The notes under the pieces are model-generated. The model searched no databases. It was given only the letters and a program-made list of their open reading frames with translations, and was not told where the DNA came from. A DNA stretch of 64,000 nt from Octopus bimaculoides (lineage: Eukaryota). The stretch's first letter is position 1. Each line of letters opens with the position of its first letter. Shown here piece after piece: positions 10,790 through 24,149 of this stretch. The stretch is from positions 5,382,577-5,446,576 of the forward strand of contig NC_068987.1 of the NCBI RefSeq assembly GCF_001194135.2. Direction: 5' to 3'. A program made the position numbers and the translations under genes.

Positions 10790-11240
10790 TTCAGTCGGTG
10801 GACATAAAGAATGTGGAATGCACCCACCTTTCGTTTTCTTTATTTTTATAGAAATTTTTTTTTTTAAAGAATCCCCCCATTTTCGAGTACGGAGATTCTG
10901 ATTCTGCAAGAAAAAAAAGAAAAAGAAAACGGCATTTAAAAGTTTTTATTTCCCCCTACCTAAATTCTTCAATTTTCACTTTTTACAGAGATTTTTTTTT
11001 TTTGCAAAATACTTATAAAAATATGGNNNNNNNNNNNNNNNNNNNNNNNNNNNNNNNNNNNNNNNNNNNNNNNNNNNNNNNNNNNNNNNNNNNNNNNNNG
11101 GGTGGGAAATTAAAATTTCAAAATACGTTTTTTTTTTTTTTGCAGAATCAGAATCTCCATATTCGAAAATGGGGTGGGGTGTCTGTAAAACAAAAAAACG
11201 AAAGCGGGTGCAGTCCACATTCTTTATGTCTGCCTGTACA
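10790..11240. mobile_element. MITE with long TIRs spanning an assembly gap
   Basis: GACATAAAGAATGTGGAATGCACCC...GGAGATTCTGATTCTGCAA is inverted at 11138-11231. Confidence 0.75.
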
Positions 11241-11751
11241 GTCCACTTTTGTAGGAGGAGAGGAATATATCTGATTGGATTAACACCAATAAAGTCATCA
11301 TCATTTAACGTCCACATTTCCATGGGTTAGACAGAATTTGTTGAAGCAGATTTTCTATGACTGAATGCTCTTCTGGCTTCCTAGCAAGATATTTCCCCAT
11401 GGGCCACATGTGTTTTTCATGGAAGACTGCAAAGGAACAACACCACTTGTATGACAATGATGCTCATTTACAACCATCATGTGATGTCTAGATATGGGTA
11501 CACACAAACACCTAACTATCAACCTATCAATATATATACATAGATACATATGATGTGCTTCTTTCAGTTTCTGTCTTCCAAATCCACTCTCAAGGCTTTA
11601 GTCAGCCTGGGGCTATAATAGAAGACACTTGAAGCACCACACTGTAGGACTGAACCCAAGACCACATGTTTGGGCAAGTATGCTTCTCAACCATGTAGCC
11701 ACATCAGCTTCTAAGCCACACCAAAGCCTAATACAAACTTTGCTGGCAGAA

Positions 11752-11935
11752 ACGTTAGCACGCCGGGTGAAATGTTTAGTGATATTTCGTCTGTCATTAT
11801 GTTCTGAGTTCAAATTCCACCGAGGTCGACTTTGCCTTTCATCCATTTGGGGTCGATAACTTAAGTACTGGGGTTGATCTAATCGAGTAGCCCTCTCCCG
11901 AAAAATTTCAGGCCTTGTACGTAGAGTAGAAAATA
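11752..11935 (+). mobile_element. SINE family 2
   Basis: GTTAGCACGCCGGGTGAAATG...GTAGAGTAGAAAA. Confidence 0.85.
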
Positions 11936-12539
11936 ATATAAGCTTTGAAAAAGAGAGATATACACCACCAAAAAGTTGAGTGGTTCCAGCTATATAACAT
12001 GCAAATAAAGACTTTGGAATTGTTCTTATTATCAAATGGATTAGTAGATAGATTCACTGATCTATTCTAATCTGCTTCTTACAGATTCCAAAATTTAATA
12101 TAAATTCTTCTTATGGAAAAAGTGCTATGGCCGAGTATATAGTATTCGTCTCATTATTTTATTTTCTGCTGAAAGCATTGCATTATGGTCTTAGTGAAAT
12201 AATTTCTTTGCCTTCAAGAAATCATTCTTAAAATTTGATTTGTTTTCCTTTTTTGGTAGGTACTTTAAAGTAAACCACCTCAGGGACCAGTCCTTGTTGC
12301 AGTTTGGTGGTTTGTGTTCTTCAGTCACCTTGCGAGCTATGCCAGTAGACCACAAGTTCCTGGTTGGGCCTTCCATGCTGGACAGGTCAAAGGATAGAAG
12401 CCAGACTGATATGGACCACCTCTTCTTAATGGTTAAAATAGGTTTACTGAAGGTGAACACCCCTGTCTTTATAAAAGGTTAAGTTTTAGAAGCATTGACA
12501 CCAGTTCAAAACCTGGGAGAAAGCTTTCCCTCAGAGAAA

Positions 12540-12672
12540 CATATACTTAGGTAGAGCTGAAAAAACAGGGATCCAATGGGAGAAAAGCAGGAAAGACAGC
12601 CTAGAGTTGGGAGCAGTGGAGAAAAGCTGTCGATGGCCTCTGTTTACTAGGGAGTGAAGGGCTTAAGTCCTT
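12540..12672 (+). mobile_element. RTE-type LINE 3' end
   Basis: GIQWEKAGKTA.SWEQWRKAVDGLCLLGSEGL resembles an RTE ORF C-terminus. Confidence 0.55.
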
Positions 12673-13539
12673 TTAAAAAAGAAATTCTCACCAAACAAAC
12701 TATCGTTAAATTGCCAGAGTTCTTAACTGAGAGTAATCAACTATATCTACCATTTCTTGGCCTGGAGAATGTTTTGGACAGGGTACAGTACTGTGTAGTC
12801 TAGGGGTCACTAAGTAAACTAAGGTGCAATTGTATTGCTTGTGTAGTTTTTTTTTNNNNNNNNNNNNNNNNNNNNNNNNNNNNNNNNNNNNNNNNNNNNN
12901 NNNNNNNNNNNNNNNNNNNNNNNNNNNNNNNNNNNNNNNNNNNNNNNNNNNNNNNNNNNNNNNNNNNNNNNNNNNNNNNNNNNNNNNNNNNNNNNNNNNN
13001 NNNNNNNNNNNNNNNNNNNNNNNNNNNNNNNNNNNNNNNNNNNNNNNNNNNNNNNNNNNNNNNNNNNNNNNNNNNNNNNNNNNNNNNNNNNNNNNNNNNN
13101 NNNNNNNNNNNNNNNNNNNNNNNNNNNNNNNNNNNNNNNNNNNNNNNNNNNNNNNNNNNNNNNNNNNNNNNNNNNNNNNNNNNNNNNNNNNNNNNNNNNN
13201 NNNNNNNNNNNNNNNNNNNAGTTATCTTCGAAGTCCAGTGGGTTTGTTAAGAATGTATTAGAGATTTGTAAAACATTGTCTCTTGCCGAAGCTAATCGTT
13301 TTTCATTAGAAAGCCAACTTGTTAGTACTTCCCCTCTTCAAATTAGAATTATTAAACGGAAATTGTTTGTAGATTTATTTGAAATAAAAACTGTGATGAT
13401 GTGGCTTTCGTTCTTTTTATTTTTCTGAAATATTAAATGCAGGACTGGAAATAGATTTATTGAAATCTGTCATATTATTTAGAAATTACTTAGGTTACAC
13501 CGGTTAGTTTTTTAAAAAATAAAATAATAATAAAAGTCT

Positions 13540-13790
13540 AACTGACCAATCAGAGGTGAGTATGAAAGAAATCCAACGAATCAGCGAATCAATACGGTGA
13601 CAGGTCGAAGGTCAGACGTGACGTTGATTTCCCGGTTTAATTTTTATTTTTTTCTTTTCATTCAAGTGTCCACGTTGTTAAGATTTTAGCAAAATCTCGA
13701 CTATTTGTTATAGCTCCGACTACCAGTGCTGTGAGGAAGCACACGGGGGTAGCTCGTTACTAAACATAGGAGAATTTCAACTTTGGTACT
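13540..13790 (+). promoter_or_regulatory. Putative FAM199X promoter / non-coding first exon region
   Basis: CpG-enriched and repeat-free; CCAAT at 13546, tandem GACGTGACGT (CRE-like) at 13615, TTTCCCGG at 13628; about 500 bp upstream of the first coding exon. Confidence 0.5.
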
Positions 13791-14119
13791 TGATAGATTC
13801 ATAGTTTTACATTGAAATATTTATAATTGTATATATATGTGTTATTTAAAAAAATAGTTTTCCAGTAGTTGATAGTTCATAGTCGAAATCCAGTGGAGCC
13901 TGATTTTTTCCCCCTCATTTCACTGCTGAACAATGATATAAAAACGAAAAGACAGTCGTTTGATTTCAAGTATGGCAGAGCCGTTTTGATTTTAGTGTCT
14001 TCGCATTATTAATTAAGAAATTTACATAGAACGAAAAGTAAAAAGAAAGAAAAAAGCCTTGACCATAATTAACTACCATTTTGGAACAACCCTATTAAAG
14101 TTACTGGCACTCATTGAAA

Positions 14120-14148
14120 ATGATCGCAGACAGTCCAGTAATGGCGAG
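14120..14148 (+). CDS. FAM199X: FAM199X coding exon 1 (MIADSPVMA; ATG at 14120 or 14141)
   Basis: In-frame stop at 14096; donor AG|gtatgt in phase 2 matches exon 2. Confidence 0.6.
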
Positions 14149-17094
14149 GTATGTGGTAAATCTTGCAATATACTTCATTAAATTTTATTTACCATCGATA
14201 ATAAAGTGATCGTTTCCATGTATATGTGTAAATGAATATATAAATTTACATGTGTGTGTGTGTGAGAAGGAGGAGAGAAAGCGAATGGCAGTAACTTGTA
14301 AAAGTACCTGAAATGTAATGCTACATTTATTGCATATTTCTCGTTTTCTGCACCTCTTCTTGCATCCGACCTTCACCCTCCTAGTTCCTACACAGCTCAG
14401 CTGATGCAGTTCTCAGTTTCTAGTCATCATGTACAGAATATCCTCGATTCTTTTATTATTATCTTTGTGTGTGTGTTTTTTAAATCTATAATGGAACAGC
14501 TCATAATAAAATTGTTGCAATTAATCTTCGAAAGACTCTAGAAAACAAATGAAGCCGGTATTCGATTTTTGTTTGTTTGCTAATTATATGATGTATTATT
14601 AAGAAAGTAAAAAAAAAATCACTATTAAGACGATACGAACGTGGCAATGCGTTGTGGTTTTATTTTAGTAATTATCTTTGTATAAACAGCTATTTTATTT
14701 TGTCATTACTTTCTTTTAGACAACATCTTTGAACTAATGTAATTTCATTTTATTTTTGCCCCTCTATTTGACATAGGATTGTTATTTTTTATGCAGAGAA
14801 ACATTTATATACAGTGTAATTTTGGGAGAATGTTTCACGTGGTGTCATTATCAGCTGACGGGATCGTCTCTCTTTTTACCGGTCGGTACTCATTAAACTA
14901 ACGAGTGCATTAAACCTCAATAATAGAATTGTTTTTGTTAAAGAAGTGGAAAGCTTCACAAAAAATCTTAGCAGTTGTTTCCATTCCCAGTTTACTATTT
15001 CACTTGACGTTAAAAGCTGCTCTTGAAAAAATCACGAATGTCGTCGCACTTTTTAAAATCCTCGCTCTATAAATAGGCATTTTCTTTGTCAGAAATCATA
15101 TTTCTACACACGATTTTTAATTAAAGATAAACCTTGTAAGGGTGAGAAATAGTGGTTTATTTCGATAAGTACTGGCAACTCTTATGTTTTTTCGGCAGCC
15201 TTTCGTCTAAACATCGCACGAATTTGTATAAGGGAGAAAAAAATTATAGGACATTGTTTTGGAAATTCTTTATAGTTAGGTGAATGTGGATATACCATTG
15301 ATGAACAGAGAGGATAAACTTTTGTTGCCATAAAGGCACAAAACTAAAAACGAAATATCCTGCCAAATGGAACTGTTTAGTTCCACGTCAACCGTTACCA
15401 AGAAGGTCTATCAGAAAAATCATTCAAAACTCGACTATTCAATCTGTTTCCATTGTCCACTATATCCATCCTTATTTACAATAAGGAGCGACTTGAGGGA
15501 GATTTGACTACTATTTTCAGTCGATGGAGCTACCACAGTGTGGCTTCTTCTGTGTACGCGACGCACTTATTTTATTTACATTTTGTGTAGATGTCAGAAC
15601 ACATCTGATAATATTTCTTAGCACTTATAACCGTGTTTAATTGTCTGTTTGTTATCTTTATTGTACCTCTATCTATATTAGTGGTCGGCGTCCACGTGTA
15701 ATACATTATAACTACATGCACGACGATCTATAATTATGACATTACAATTACTGATCGTTACTGTACTTTTTATAGCCCCAGGTCGGTTCTGATGTTGTTA
15801 AGGCGTTCCGGATGGAATCACTACCTTCTGTTTTTATAAGACTGACCTACCTTTTACTTAATACGAACTGTTTTTTTTTTTAATTAATTTTTGCGAATGA
15901 AGGTTGTGAGTTGTGGTAGGTAGATCCGATGTCTATTTTTAGTCGATCGAGCGACTACGTAAACGCTCCCTACTGTACATGCCATCGGATCAACCGTTGT
16001 GTATATAGGGTGTACAAATGTATACAATTACTACTCATGGTCTCCACGTACATTATTATCATCCAGCTTGCTTCCAGAGATACATTCACGGATGTGTGTG
16101 TGTTTGTATATATAATATACACTCACGTGTGTATGTATGTATACTTACATACACACATGCATTTATGGGAATAAAAGACGTCCAGCATATTAAACGCACC
16201 CCAATTTCGGCAATACATATTTAGGAAGTAAAGATTTTCATGCTTGTGGAAGGCCTGGTCCAGGGGTGATATTTTTTTTGTTTTGATATAAAAGAAAGTG
16301 CGTCTTATATGCCATCAGATACGATATATGCGACGCACATTAATCATAGCAATGTTAGAAAGCTGCTTACATTGCAGGCACAAGTCCACAAAGAGTAGGT
16401 AATTCGATATGGAGACAACGTACACATCACCTAGATTTAACATAACTTTAATTGATCAACTAGTTGAACTGTCTAGTCGTTATAATTATAACGTCTGTGG
16501 TTGAGTATTCCGCATAGGCGAGTACTCACCCATGGCACTATTCTCAAACTGACTCGGCTTGATGCAATGATTGACAGAATATAACTATTTTGGCGTCCAC
16601 AGTCTTCGTTAACCTAATTTTACTCACATGGTTTGGGGCGACCCGAGATGAGTTGCGCAGTGGTTGCGAAATGAAATTCTTCACATTTCGGTCGTGTTTG
16701 CGTACACACATGTATACACTCGAACCTACTCACAGGCCACCACATGGTTTCATTTTGATGTCCACTGTTTCAACACGAACATGCGTTGGACGAGAATTCT
16801 TAAGGCGGTACTCAGCGATCGGATTTTCCGATGAAGTGCTCTGCAGAAATTATTGAAGAAAATTTTTTTAATAAAATCAAGTTAATGTTAGAACTTGTTA
16901 CACGGTGTACTCTGATATGAACTGCGGCCCCACGTGTTTAGATACATCTAAAAGTATACACACACGTGTGTGTATGTACCTGTCTGCGTTTGTGTGTGTA
17001 TATATATATATATATATGTGTGTGTGTATTTAAGCTCTATGTTCATATGTATATATACATATCTACATGTGTTTATATATATGTATTTTATCTT

Positions 17095-17400
17095 CTTATT
17101 TTGTCATTCGACTGTGGCCATGCTGGGACACCGCCTTGAAGGGTTTTTTAAAGTCTAGTACTTATTTTATCGGTCTCTTTTGCCGAACCGCTAAGGTTAC
17201 GGGGACGTATACATGCCAACACCGGTTGTCAAGTGGTGGTGGGCGAGAACCACAATACATATATAACGGGCTTCTTCAGTTTCTGTCTACCAAATTCACT
17301 CACAAAGCTTTGGTTGACCCCAGGCTATAGTAGAAAACACGTGGGACTGAACTCGGAACCATGTGGTTGGGAAGCAGGCTTGTTGCCACGCCTGCGCCTA
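17095..17400 (-). mobile_element. SINE family 1
   Basis: Diverged full-length reverse copy ending ...CCTGCGCCT. Confidence 0.85.
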
Positions 17401-19569
17401 TGCGTGCGTGCCTGTGTGTATGAGAAAGACGAGGTATATTGGAGCATAGTTTCCTATGACCAGAGGCACATCCTGCTTCCAAGGCACAATAAGAAAATGA
17501 CTCGCCCCAGACACAACATAATGGTCTGAAGTTTTACAGTATTGAATTTCGGGGACTAATCAGATAACACCGTCTGTAGGAGCAGCGAGGCTCTTGTGTT
17601 ACAACCAATATGTGTATACATGTGTGTGTTTGTATATACGTATATTCATGTGTGTGTATGTATATAAAAATATTTATAGGATGTTTTGCAAACAACTTGC
17701 CCATATGCAAGTGCTACCAGTTGAGAACTGCACACTGGAAGCCAGCAAGTGTATGGGGTCATCAGGAGAGAATGCGCGCCGTGGCTGTGTGGTGAACCTC
17801 ACCTTATCACTACCAGACTTTGAAAGTGCAGAACTACAGGGCTTTTGGTTCACATGGAATGTAAACATGTCCTCGCTGCTGTGTTCCTCAATTGCTCTCA
17901 TGTGAAGATACAAATTTCAACAACCATGCACAGGTTGGATGGTTTGACAAGAGCTTGAAAGCCAGGAGGGTAGGGGTGGGGGTGGGGGCGATGCCAAGCA
18001 CTATTGTCTTTTTTGGCATGGTTTCTATGGCTGGGTGTCCATCCCAATGCCAACTGGATTACAGAGTGTATTGGGTACTTTTTATGTGATATCAACACTG
18101 GTGGGGGTTACCTAGTAACTTTGAAAGACACAATCAAGTCCCCTTGACTGGGTGAGGGGAGTAGTGTTGAGGGAGGTGGCTTTGTGCCGGTTGAGAAGTT
18201 AAGAGCTATAGAGATAGGTATATTTGTTGTAGAAGAGATACAAAGATACCCCTGTTGAAGAAGGGCAAAAATGATGGAGATAGAGAGATGGTAGTTGATA
18301 TGTGCTGCACACACTCACACGTATATATGCATATACACATATAGGCGCAGGCAGGGTTGTGTGGATAAGTTTGCTTGCCAATCATGGTTTTCAGTTCATT
18401 CTCATTGAAGTGTAGCTTGAGACATCCTCTACTATGGCCCCAGGTTGATCAAATCCTTGTGAGTGAATTTGGTATATATATACTCCTTGATTTGAAATCA
18501 TTTAATAGTTGTAGATGAGTGTTAGAGTTCTACAAGCAGTGTCATTCATTTGTAATATTCCATGAGATCATGTCTGGCCAGAGAAACAGGTGAGTGTTGT
18601 CAGAGGAAGGGTATCTAGCTTTAGAAAATCTGCTTCAGTAAACTCTGTCCGACCTATGCAAGCATGGAAAAGTGGACATTCGGACAATAGTGTTACACAC
18701 GTATATAGAGAAACCAACATGTGTCTTTCTGTCATTGCCTTCTCTTATAACTCTCTCCTCTTGGCCAAATTGCTTTTACTATATGTCGATGTCTCCAAAT
18801 ACTGAATGGCCTTGCATGTCTTAAAGCTTATGTATAGAAGACAACACTTAGTTGTGTCCAGTACCTTTTATCTTCACCCCTTCCCTCCTGTTGTGCCTCT
18901 TATCAGCCCATCTTGTTCTGTCTCCTATTGTACTCTTGCCCCTTTTCTGCTACATTTTCTAGGTTTCTTGTTATTCTATTTCCAGGTTGGCACTGCTTTC
19001 TTGTATTGCTCTCCCTTCTCGACCACATTTCTTTGAATAGATCTACATATTCTCACAATAGGCTGCACTCTTATCACCATCCCTCTTATTTTGTTCTTAA
19101 ATTCTTAAGGCGGACATTAAACGATGATGATATATATGCATACATATATCTGTGTGTGTGTTTGTTCGTTTATGTCTCCTTGTCTTGGCATTGCATGTAA
19201 GTTGTAAATTAGTATCTCCAAACGAAGCAGTGTCTTTCATTTCCAATATTCTGTGAAAACAATTGGTGAGATGTGGAATCATATCTGTCACTATATCTAT
19301 GCGTTTAGGTTTGTCTGTAAACTGCTGAAAATGAGACATTACTTGAGGAATGCATTCTCACACTGAATGAAATGACAACGGAATCTAATGAAAAACTTAT
19401 TTAAAACAATCACCTGAGGAAGTGCATTTTACATCTTGGATTGATGATAATGACTACACAACATCTCACCATTGAACTAGAGGTGTGAAACTGTCTTAAA
19501 ACAATTGTAGTAATTTTGAATATTGTTCATTCCATTTTCTATCATTTATCTATTCATAATATATATCAT

Positions 19570-19860
19570 CATCATTTAACGTCTTGCTTTCCATGCTGGC
19601 ATGGATTGGACAGTATGGCTGGAGCTGGCAAGTTGGAGAGCTGCTCCAGATTCTGGTCGTATGTTTTGGCCTGGTTTCTACACCTGGATGTCCTTCCTAA
19701 CACCAGCCACTTTACAGAGTGTACTGGGTGCTTTTTATGTGCACCTGGCACATAGCACTGACAGGTGTTTTTTTTACATGACAATAGCACTGACAGGTGT
19801 TTTTTTTATTTGACAATGGCACTAGCACAGGTGTTTTTTTTGTTTTTTTTTACATGACAC
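19570..19860 (-). mobile_element. RTE LINE 3' tail with about 33-bp tandem triplication
   Basis: CATCATCATTTAACGTC...CCATGCTGGCATGG...GGATGTCCTTCCTAA; ATAGCACTGACAGGTGTTTTTTT repeated at 19752-19845. Confidence 0.6.
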
Positions 19861-20621
19861 ACACATAGTGCCTGCTGCTCATATTTTTGTTTTTAATATT
19901 TTAACACTAAATTACACACCTCACCAATGAACTCAAGGTGTAATATTGTATCCTAGCAGTTGTCAACCTTGACTTGGCCCATACTTTCTGAGCGAAGTTG
20001 GGCGGACAGAAACTGAAAAGAAGCCTGTCGGATGGTTTGGATCTGTACCTCGGGTGGCACAGTCTTGCCTGAGTGTTATGTGAAGGGTACGTGTGTCTGT
20101 GGAGCAATCGACCACTTAGATGTGAATTCAGGGACAGGTGATTCAGTTGATCAAAAGCTGTATCCTTCATTAATCGAACAAATGAGCGATCACCACACAC
20201 ACATACCAGAATACACATAGATGTATGCTCACACAGGTAGGTATGCATACACACACACACACACACATGTATCCGAATACAGATAGATGTAAGCTCACAA
20301 ACACATAGATGTTCACTCACACGTATAGGTATGCACATACAAACACACCTGTTGTTCGCACACAGGCATCATACAATCTGCCTTTCACTCTGAAGGAGAG
20401 AAACCCTTTGTTATCAACATAGGTAAAAAAGCTCTCTGAACTTTGCCTGTCCTATCCTTATTCCAGCAGCTTGCAAAGGGGGAAATCATCTTTTATATCC
20501 CCTTCACGATTTCTTTACAGTTTGTTCCAATGCTTAATAAAAGGTAACTTCTCATTTCTTAGTCTTAAATTTTAACCAATGATCTAATCTAGTTTTCTTG
20601 TCTATTTTCCAATTCGAACAG

Positions 20622-20717
20622 TGTCTGCAATACAGTCCAGAACATGCCAGAATTTTATTCTTGTCCTCAAGATTATTTTGATTATGAGGAAGACCTGAAC
20701 TCTGCACTTGGTGATGA
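20622..20717 (+). CDS. FAM199X: FAM199X coding exon 2 (VCNTVQNMPEFYSCPQDYFDYEEDLNSALGD)
   Basis: cag| and |gtaagt; 96 nt, phase 2-2, open frame, acidic like the neighbouring exons. Confidence 0.75.
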
Positions 20718-20929
20718 GTAAGTTTTATTATTATTATTTTATTTGTCTGCACTTCTGTTGCTTTTATTGATCATGATTTCCCAAATACATTGTCGTTATT
20801 GTCGTCGTCCCAACCATCATTTGACATTAGGTTTTCTTTCTTCTTAATTTTACTGCACATATCCTGCAGAAGATTTGCTTAATCCTTCAGCATTCAAATT
20901 ACTCTATCAAATGTATTGCTTATTTTGAC

Positions 20930-21232
20930 TCTTTTACTCTTTCAGTCATTTGACTGTGACCATGCTGGAGCACCACCTTTAGTCGAACAAATCGACCCCC
21001 AAAGACTTATTCTTTGTGAGCCTAGTACTTATTCTATCGGTCTCTTTTGCCGAACCACTAAGTTATANNNNNNNNNNCTTCTTTCAGTTTCCGTCGACCA
21101 AATCCACTCACAAGGCTTTGGTCGGCCCGAGGCTATAGTAGAAGACACTTGCCCAAGGTGCCAAGTAGTGGGACTGAACCCAAAACCATGTGGTTGGGAA
21201 GCAAGCTTCTTACCACACAGCCACACCTGCAC
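20930..21232 (-). mobile_element. SINE family 1
   Basis: Same sequence as the 23345 copy. Confidence 0.9.
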
Positions 21233-21509
21233 CTATTCACATTTTTTGAATTAATCATTAATTATCCTGTAACTTTGAGATTTTGGGGTTGTGATTGTTC
21301 ATTTCTAGAATGACATTGTAGGGTAGACGTGAGAGGCCCAATATGGCTGGTTTGAACGTAAAACAGAATATTTGTGCTGGATATGGCCGGTTTAAATGTT
21401 AAATGGTTAAGCAGTAGAAATCTCAGCGAAATAACTTGCAGTTCTCTTCCTTTATTATATAAGTTCAAATTTTGCCAGAGTCAATGTTGCCCTAAATTCT
21501 GATAACAAA

Positions 21510-21675
21510 AAGCCTCTTCCTCAGAGTGAAAGGTAGACTGTATGATGCATGTGTGCAAACAGCCATGCTACACAGCAGTAAAACATGGGCTGTGACTGCT
21601 GAGGACATGCGTAGGCTTGCAAGAAATGAAGCTAGTATGCTCCGCTGGATGTGCAGTGTCAGTGTGCATAGCTGA
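21510..21675 (+). mobile_element. RTE LINE RT C-terminal fragment
   Basis: RVKGRLYDACVQTAMLHSSKTWAVTAEDMRRLARNEASMLRWMCSV matches the RTE motif K.RLY..CV...MLHGSETW. Confidence 0.8.
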
Positions 21676-21979
21676 CGGTGTAAGCGCCCTCAGAGAAAAA
21701 GTTGGGGGTTGATACAATCAACTGACCCCCTTTTCCATAAAACTGCTAGCCAGCATTGTTAAAGTGGTGAGTCGGCAGAATATGTTAACTTGTGGAAGAA
21801 AATGCTTCACAGTATTTCTTCTGGCTCTTGTTATGAGATCAAATCCTGCTGACGTCAAACTTTGCCTTTCATTGTCATGGTCATTAAAATAAGTACAAGT
21901 TAAATACTGGAGTCGGTGGCCCCTCTCCTCAAATTTTTATCATCTTGTTGGCATCATCATCATTTTAATGTTTGTATTG

Positions 21980-22330
21980 ATGTGATTGATCCACTTTGAC
22001 TAGTGACTGATCTGCTTTGACTAGGTCCACTTTGACTACTGATAGATCCACTTCGACTAAGATATTTGACTAGTGACTGATCCGCTTTGACCAGGACATT
22101 TGACTAGTGATTGATCCATTTGACTAGTGATTGATCCACTTTGACTAGTGATTGATCCATTTGACTAGGACATTTGACTAGTGATCGATCTACTTTGACT
22201 AGGACATTTGACTAGTGATTGATCCACTTTGACTAGGACATTTGACTAGTGATTGATCCATTTGACTAGTGACTGATCCACTTTGACTAGGATATTTTAC
22301 TAGTGACTGAACCACTTTGACTAGGACAGT
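21980..22330. repeat. Variant-unit minisatellite with TTTGACTAG core
   Basis: About 20 units alternating GATCCACTTTGACTAG, GACATTTGACTAG and TGATTGATCCATTTGACTAG. Confidence 0.9.
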
Positions 22331-22438
22331 GTAAGAAGTTACAAAAACGTGAACTAGAATTATGTACAACCTTATTCTCACCAAAGGGGATTTCAACCAG
22401 ATATTGAGACCGTTTTTTTTTTTTTTTACTTCTCTCAG

Positions 22439-22599
22439 ATCCCTGTCTTTTGTTGAGGAAAATAACGTACGAGAAATTGAAGGACTGGATAGTCTATTTA
22501 GTCTGGGTGTCTCAGATACAGAGCGATTGTGTGATAATTTACTAGAAGATTCCGATTTACAGTATGTACTGACGAGCTATCAATACGAAATGAATACAG
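22439..22599 (+). CDS. FAM199X: FAM199X coding exon 3
   Basis: tctctcag| and |gtatgt; phase 2-1; SLSFVEENNVREIEG...YQYEMNT. Confidence 0.85.
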
Positions 22600-22744
22600 G
22601 TATGTGCTTTCATATATTTTCTGTATTTTTATTGTGGATTAGAAAATAACCAAATAATTCATTTCTGAACTCTGCTGGTGCCATGCAAGACTTCAATTTG
22701 TAAATCAAATCAAATCACAATCAAATGGAAATCATAGTTGTGGC

Positions 22745-23012
22745 CGATGTCAGTGCCACCTGACTGGCTCCCTGTGCCGGTAGCACGTAAAAAGCACCAT
22801 CTGATGTGGTTGGTGCCAGCCCTCTTGTGCTGGGCTGGTAGCATGCAAAAAGCACCCACTACACCCTTGGAGTGGGTGGCATTAGGAAGGGCATCCAGCT
22901 GTAGAAACCTTGCCAAGTCAGATTGGAGCCTGGTGCAGCCTTCTGGCTTGCCAGTCCTCAGTCAAATCATCCAACCCATGCCAGCATGGAAAAACGGACG
23001 TTAAACGATGCT
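22745..23012 (+). mobile_element. RTE LINE 3' tail
   Basis: GGCATTAGGAAGGGCATCCAGCTGTAGAAAC...CCAGCATGGAAAAACGGACGTTAAACGATG. Confidence 0.7.
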
Positions 23013-23038
23013 GATGTTTTATTTCTTTCTCCTTGCAG

Positions 23039-23219
23039 AGCCATTAGTAAGCGTCAGCTTTGATTGGGATGATGAATCCATATCTTCTTCACAGACGACC
23101 TCATTAGCAGATTCTGCGGAGTTTGATATGGTAGATGTCTGTGATACTAACATGCGTACCACCTCTGAACAGCTGGAATTTATTCATAAAAAATGTTTAC
23201 CGAATGGCAGATGTCGATG
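23039..23219 (+). CDS. FAM199X: FAM199X coding exon 4
   Basis: ttgcag| and |gtgagt; phase 1-2; SFDWDDES aligns with WDWSDSE of vertebrate FAM199X. Confidence 0.9.
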
Positions 23220-23344
23220 GTGAGTAGCATAGCTTTTATCTTTTACTGGTTTGAGTCACTGAACCGTAGCCATTGTTTTGAAGGGGTCAGTCAAACAAAT
23301 GGACCACAATATTTTTTTTTCTCAAGTCTAGTTCTTATTCTGTT

Positions 23345-23719
23345 ACTCTTTTACTTGTTTCAGTCATTCGACTGTGGCCATGCTGGAGCACCGCCTTTAG
23401 TCGAGCAAATCGACTCCAGGACTTATTCTTTGTAAGCCTAGTGCTTATTCTATCGGTCTCTTTTGCCGAGTCGCTAAGTTACGGGGACGTAAACACACCA
23501 GCATCGGTTGTCAAGCGATGCTGGGGGGACAAACACAGACACACACACACATATATATGATGGGATTTTTCAGTTTCCATCTACCAAATCCACTCACATG
23601 GCTTTTGTCGGCCCAAGGCTATAGTAGAAGACACCTGCTCAAGGTGCCATGCAGTGGGATTGATCCCGGGACCATGTGGTTGGTAAGCAAGCTACTTACC
23701 ACACAGCCACTCCTACGCC

Positions 23720-23720
<1 letters not shown>
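23345..23720 (-). mobile_element. SINE family 1, full length
   Basis: Complete reverse copy from the tail to the AGGCGTAGGAGTGGCTGTGTGG head. Confidence 0.92.
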
Positions 23721-23756
<36 letters not shown>

Positions 23757-24000
23757 AAGCATTTATCCCAGCTATATCTGGCCCAAATATTCTGTGTTTT
23801 ATGTTCAAACTGTCCAGTTTCTCTCTCTCACACCTACTGTACCATGTCACTGTGAAAATAGTGATATCATTGAAAGCTGTGAGATAATGTCTGACCACTT
23901 CACAACTACATTTGAACACAGCAATCTGAATGGTCAAGAATTTATCTGAGGCTTTTTAATTGGGCTGATTTATTTGAATCCTCCGTTTTCTACTTTCCAG

Positions 24001-24149
24001 GCACCAACTGACACCGAGTGAACAAACATCTGTGATAATGGTTTTGAGTAATTTGATTCTTGAGCTTGGACCAAGGGAACGAGTTGAAGTACTAAAATTG
24101 CTAAACCCCAATAGAAAACTTTCTCATTTCAACATGGATTCTCTTGTAG
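24001..24149 (+). CDS. FAM199X: FAM199X coding exon 5
   Basis: ttccag| and |gtaagg; WHQLTPSEQTSVIMVLSNLILELGPRERVEVLKLLNP aligns with vertebrate [38 protein letters not shown]. Confidence 0.92.
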
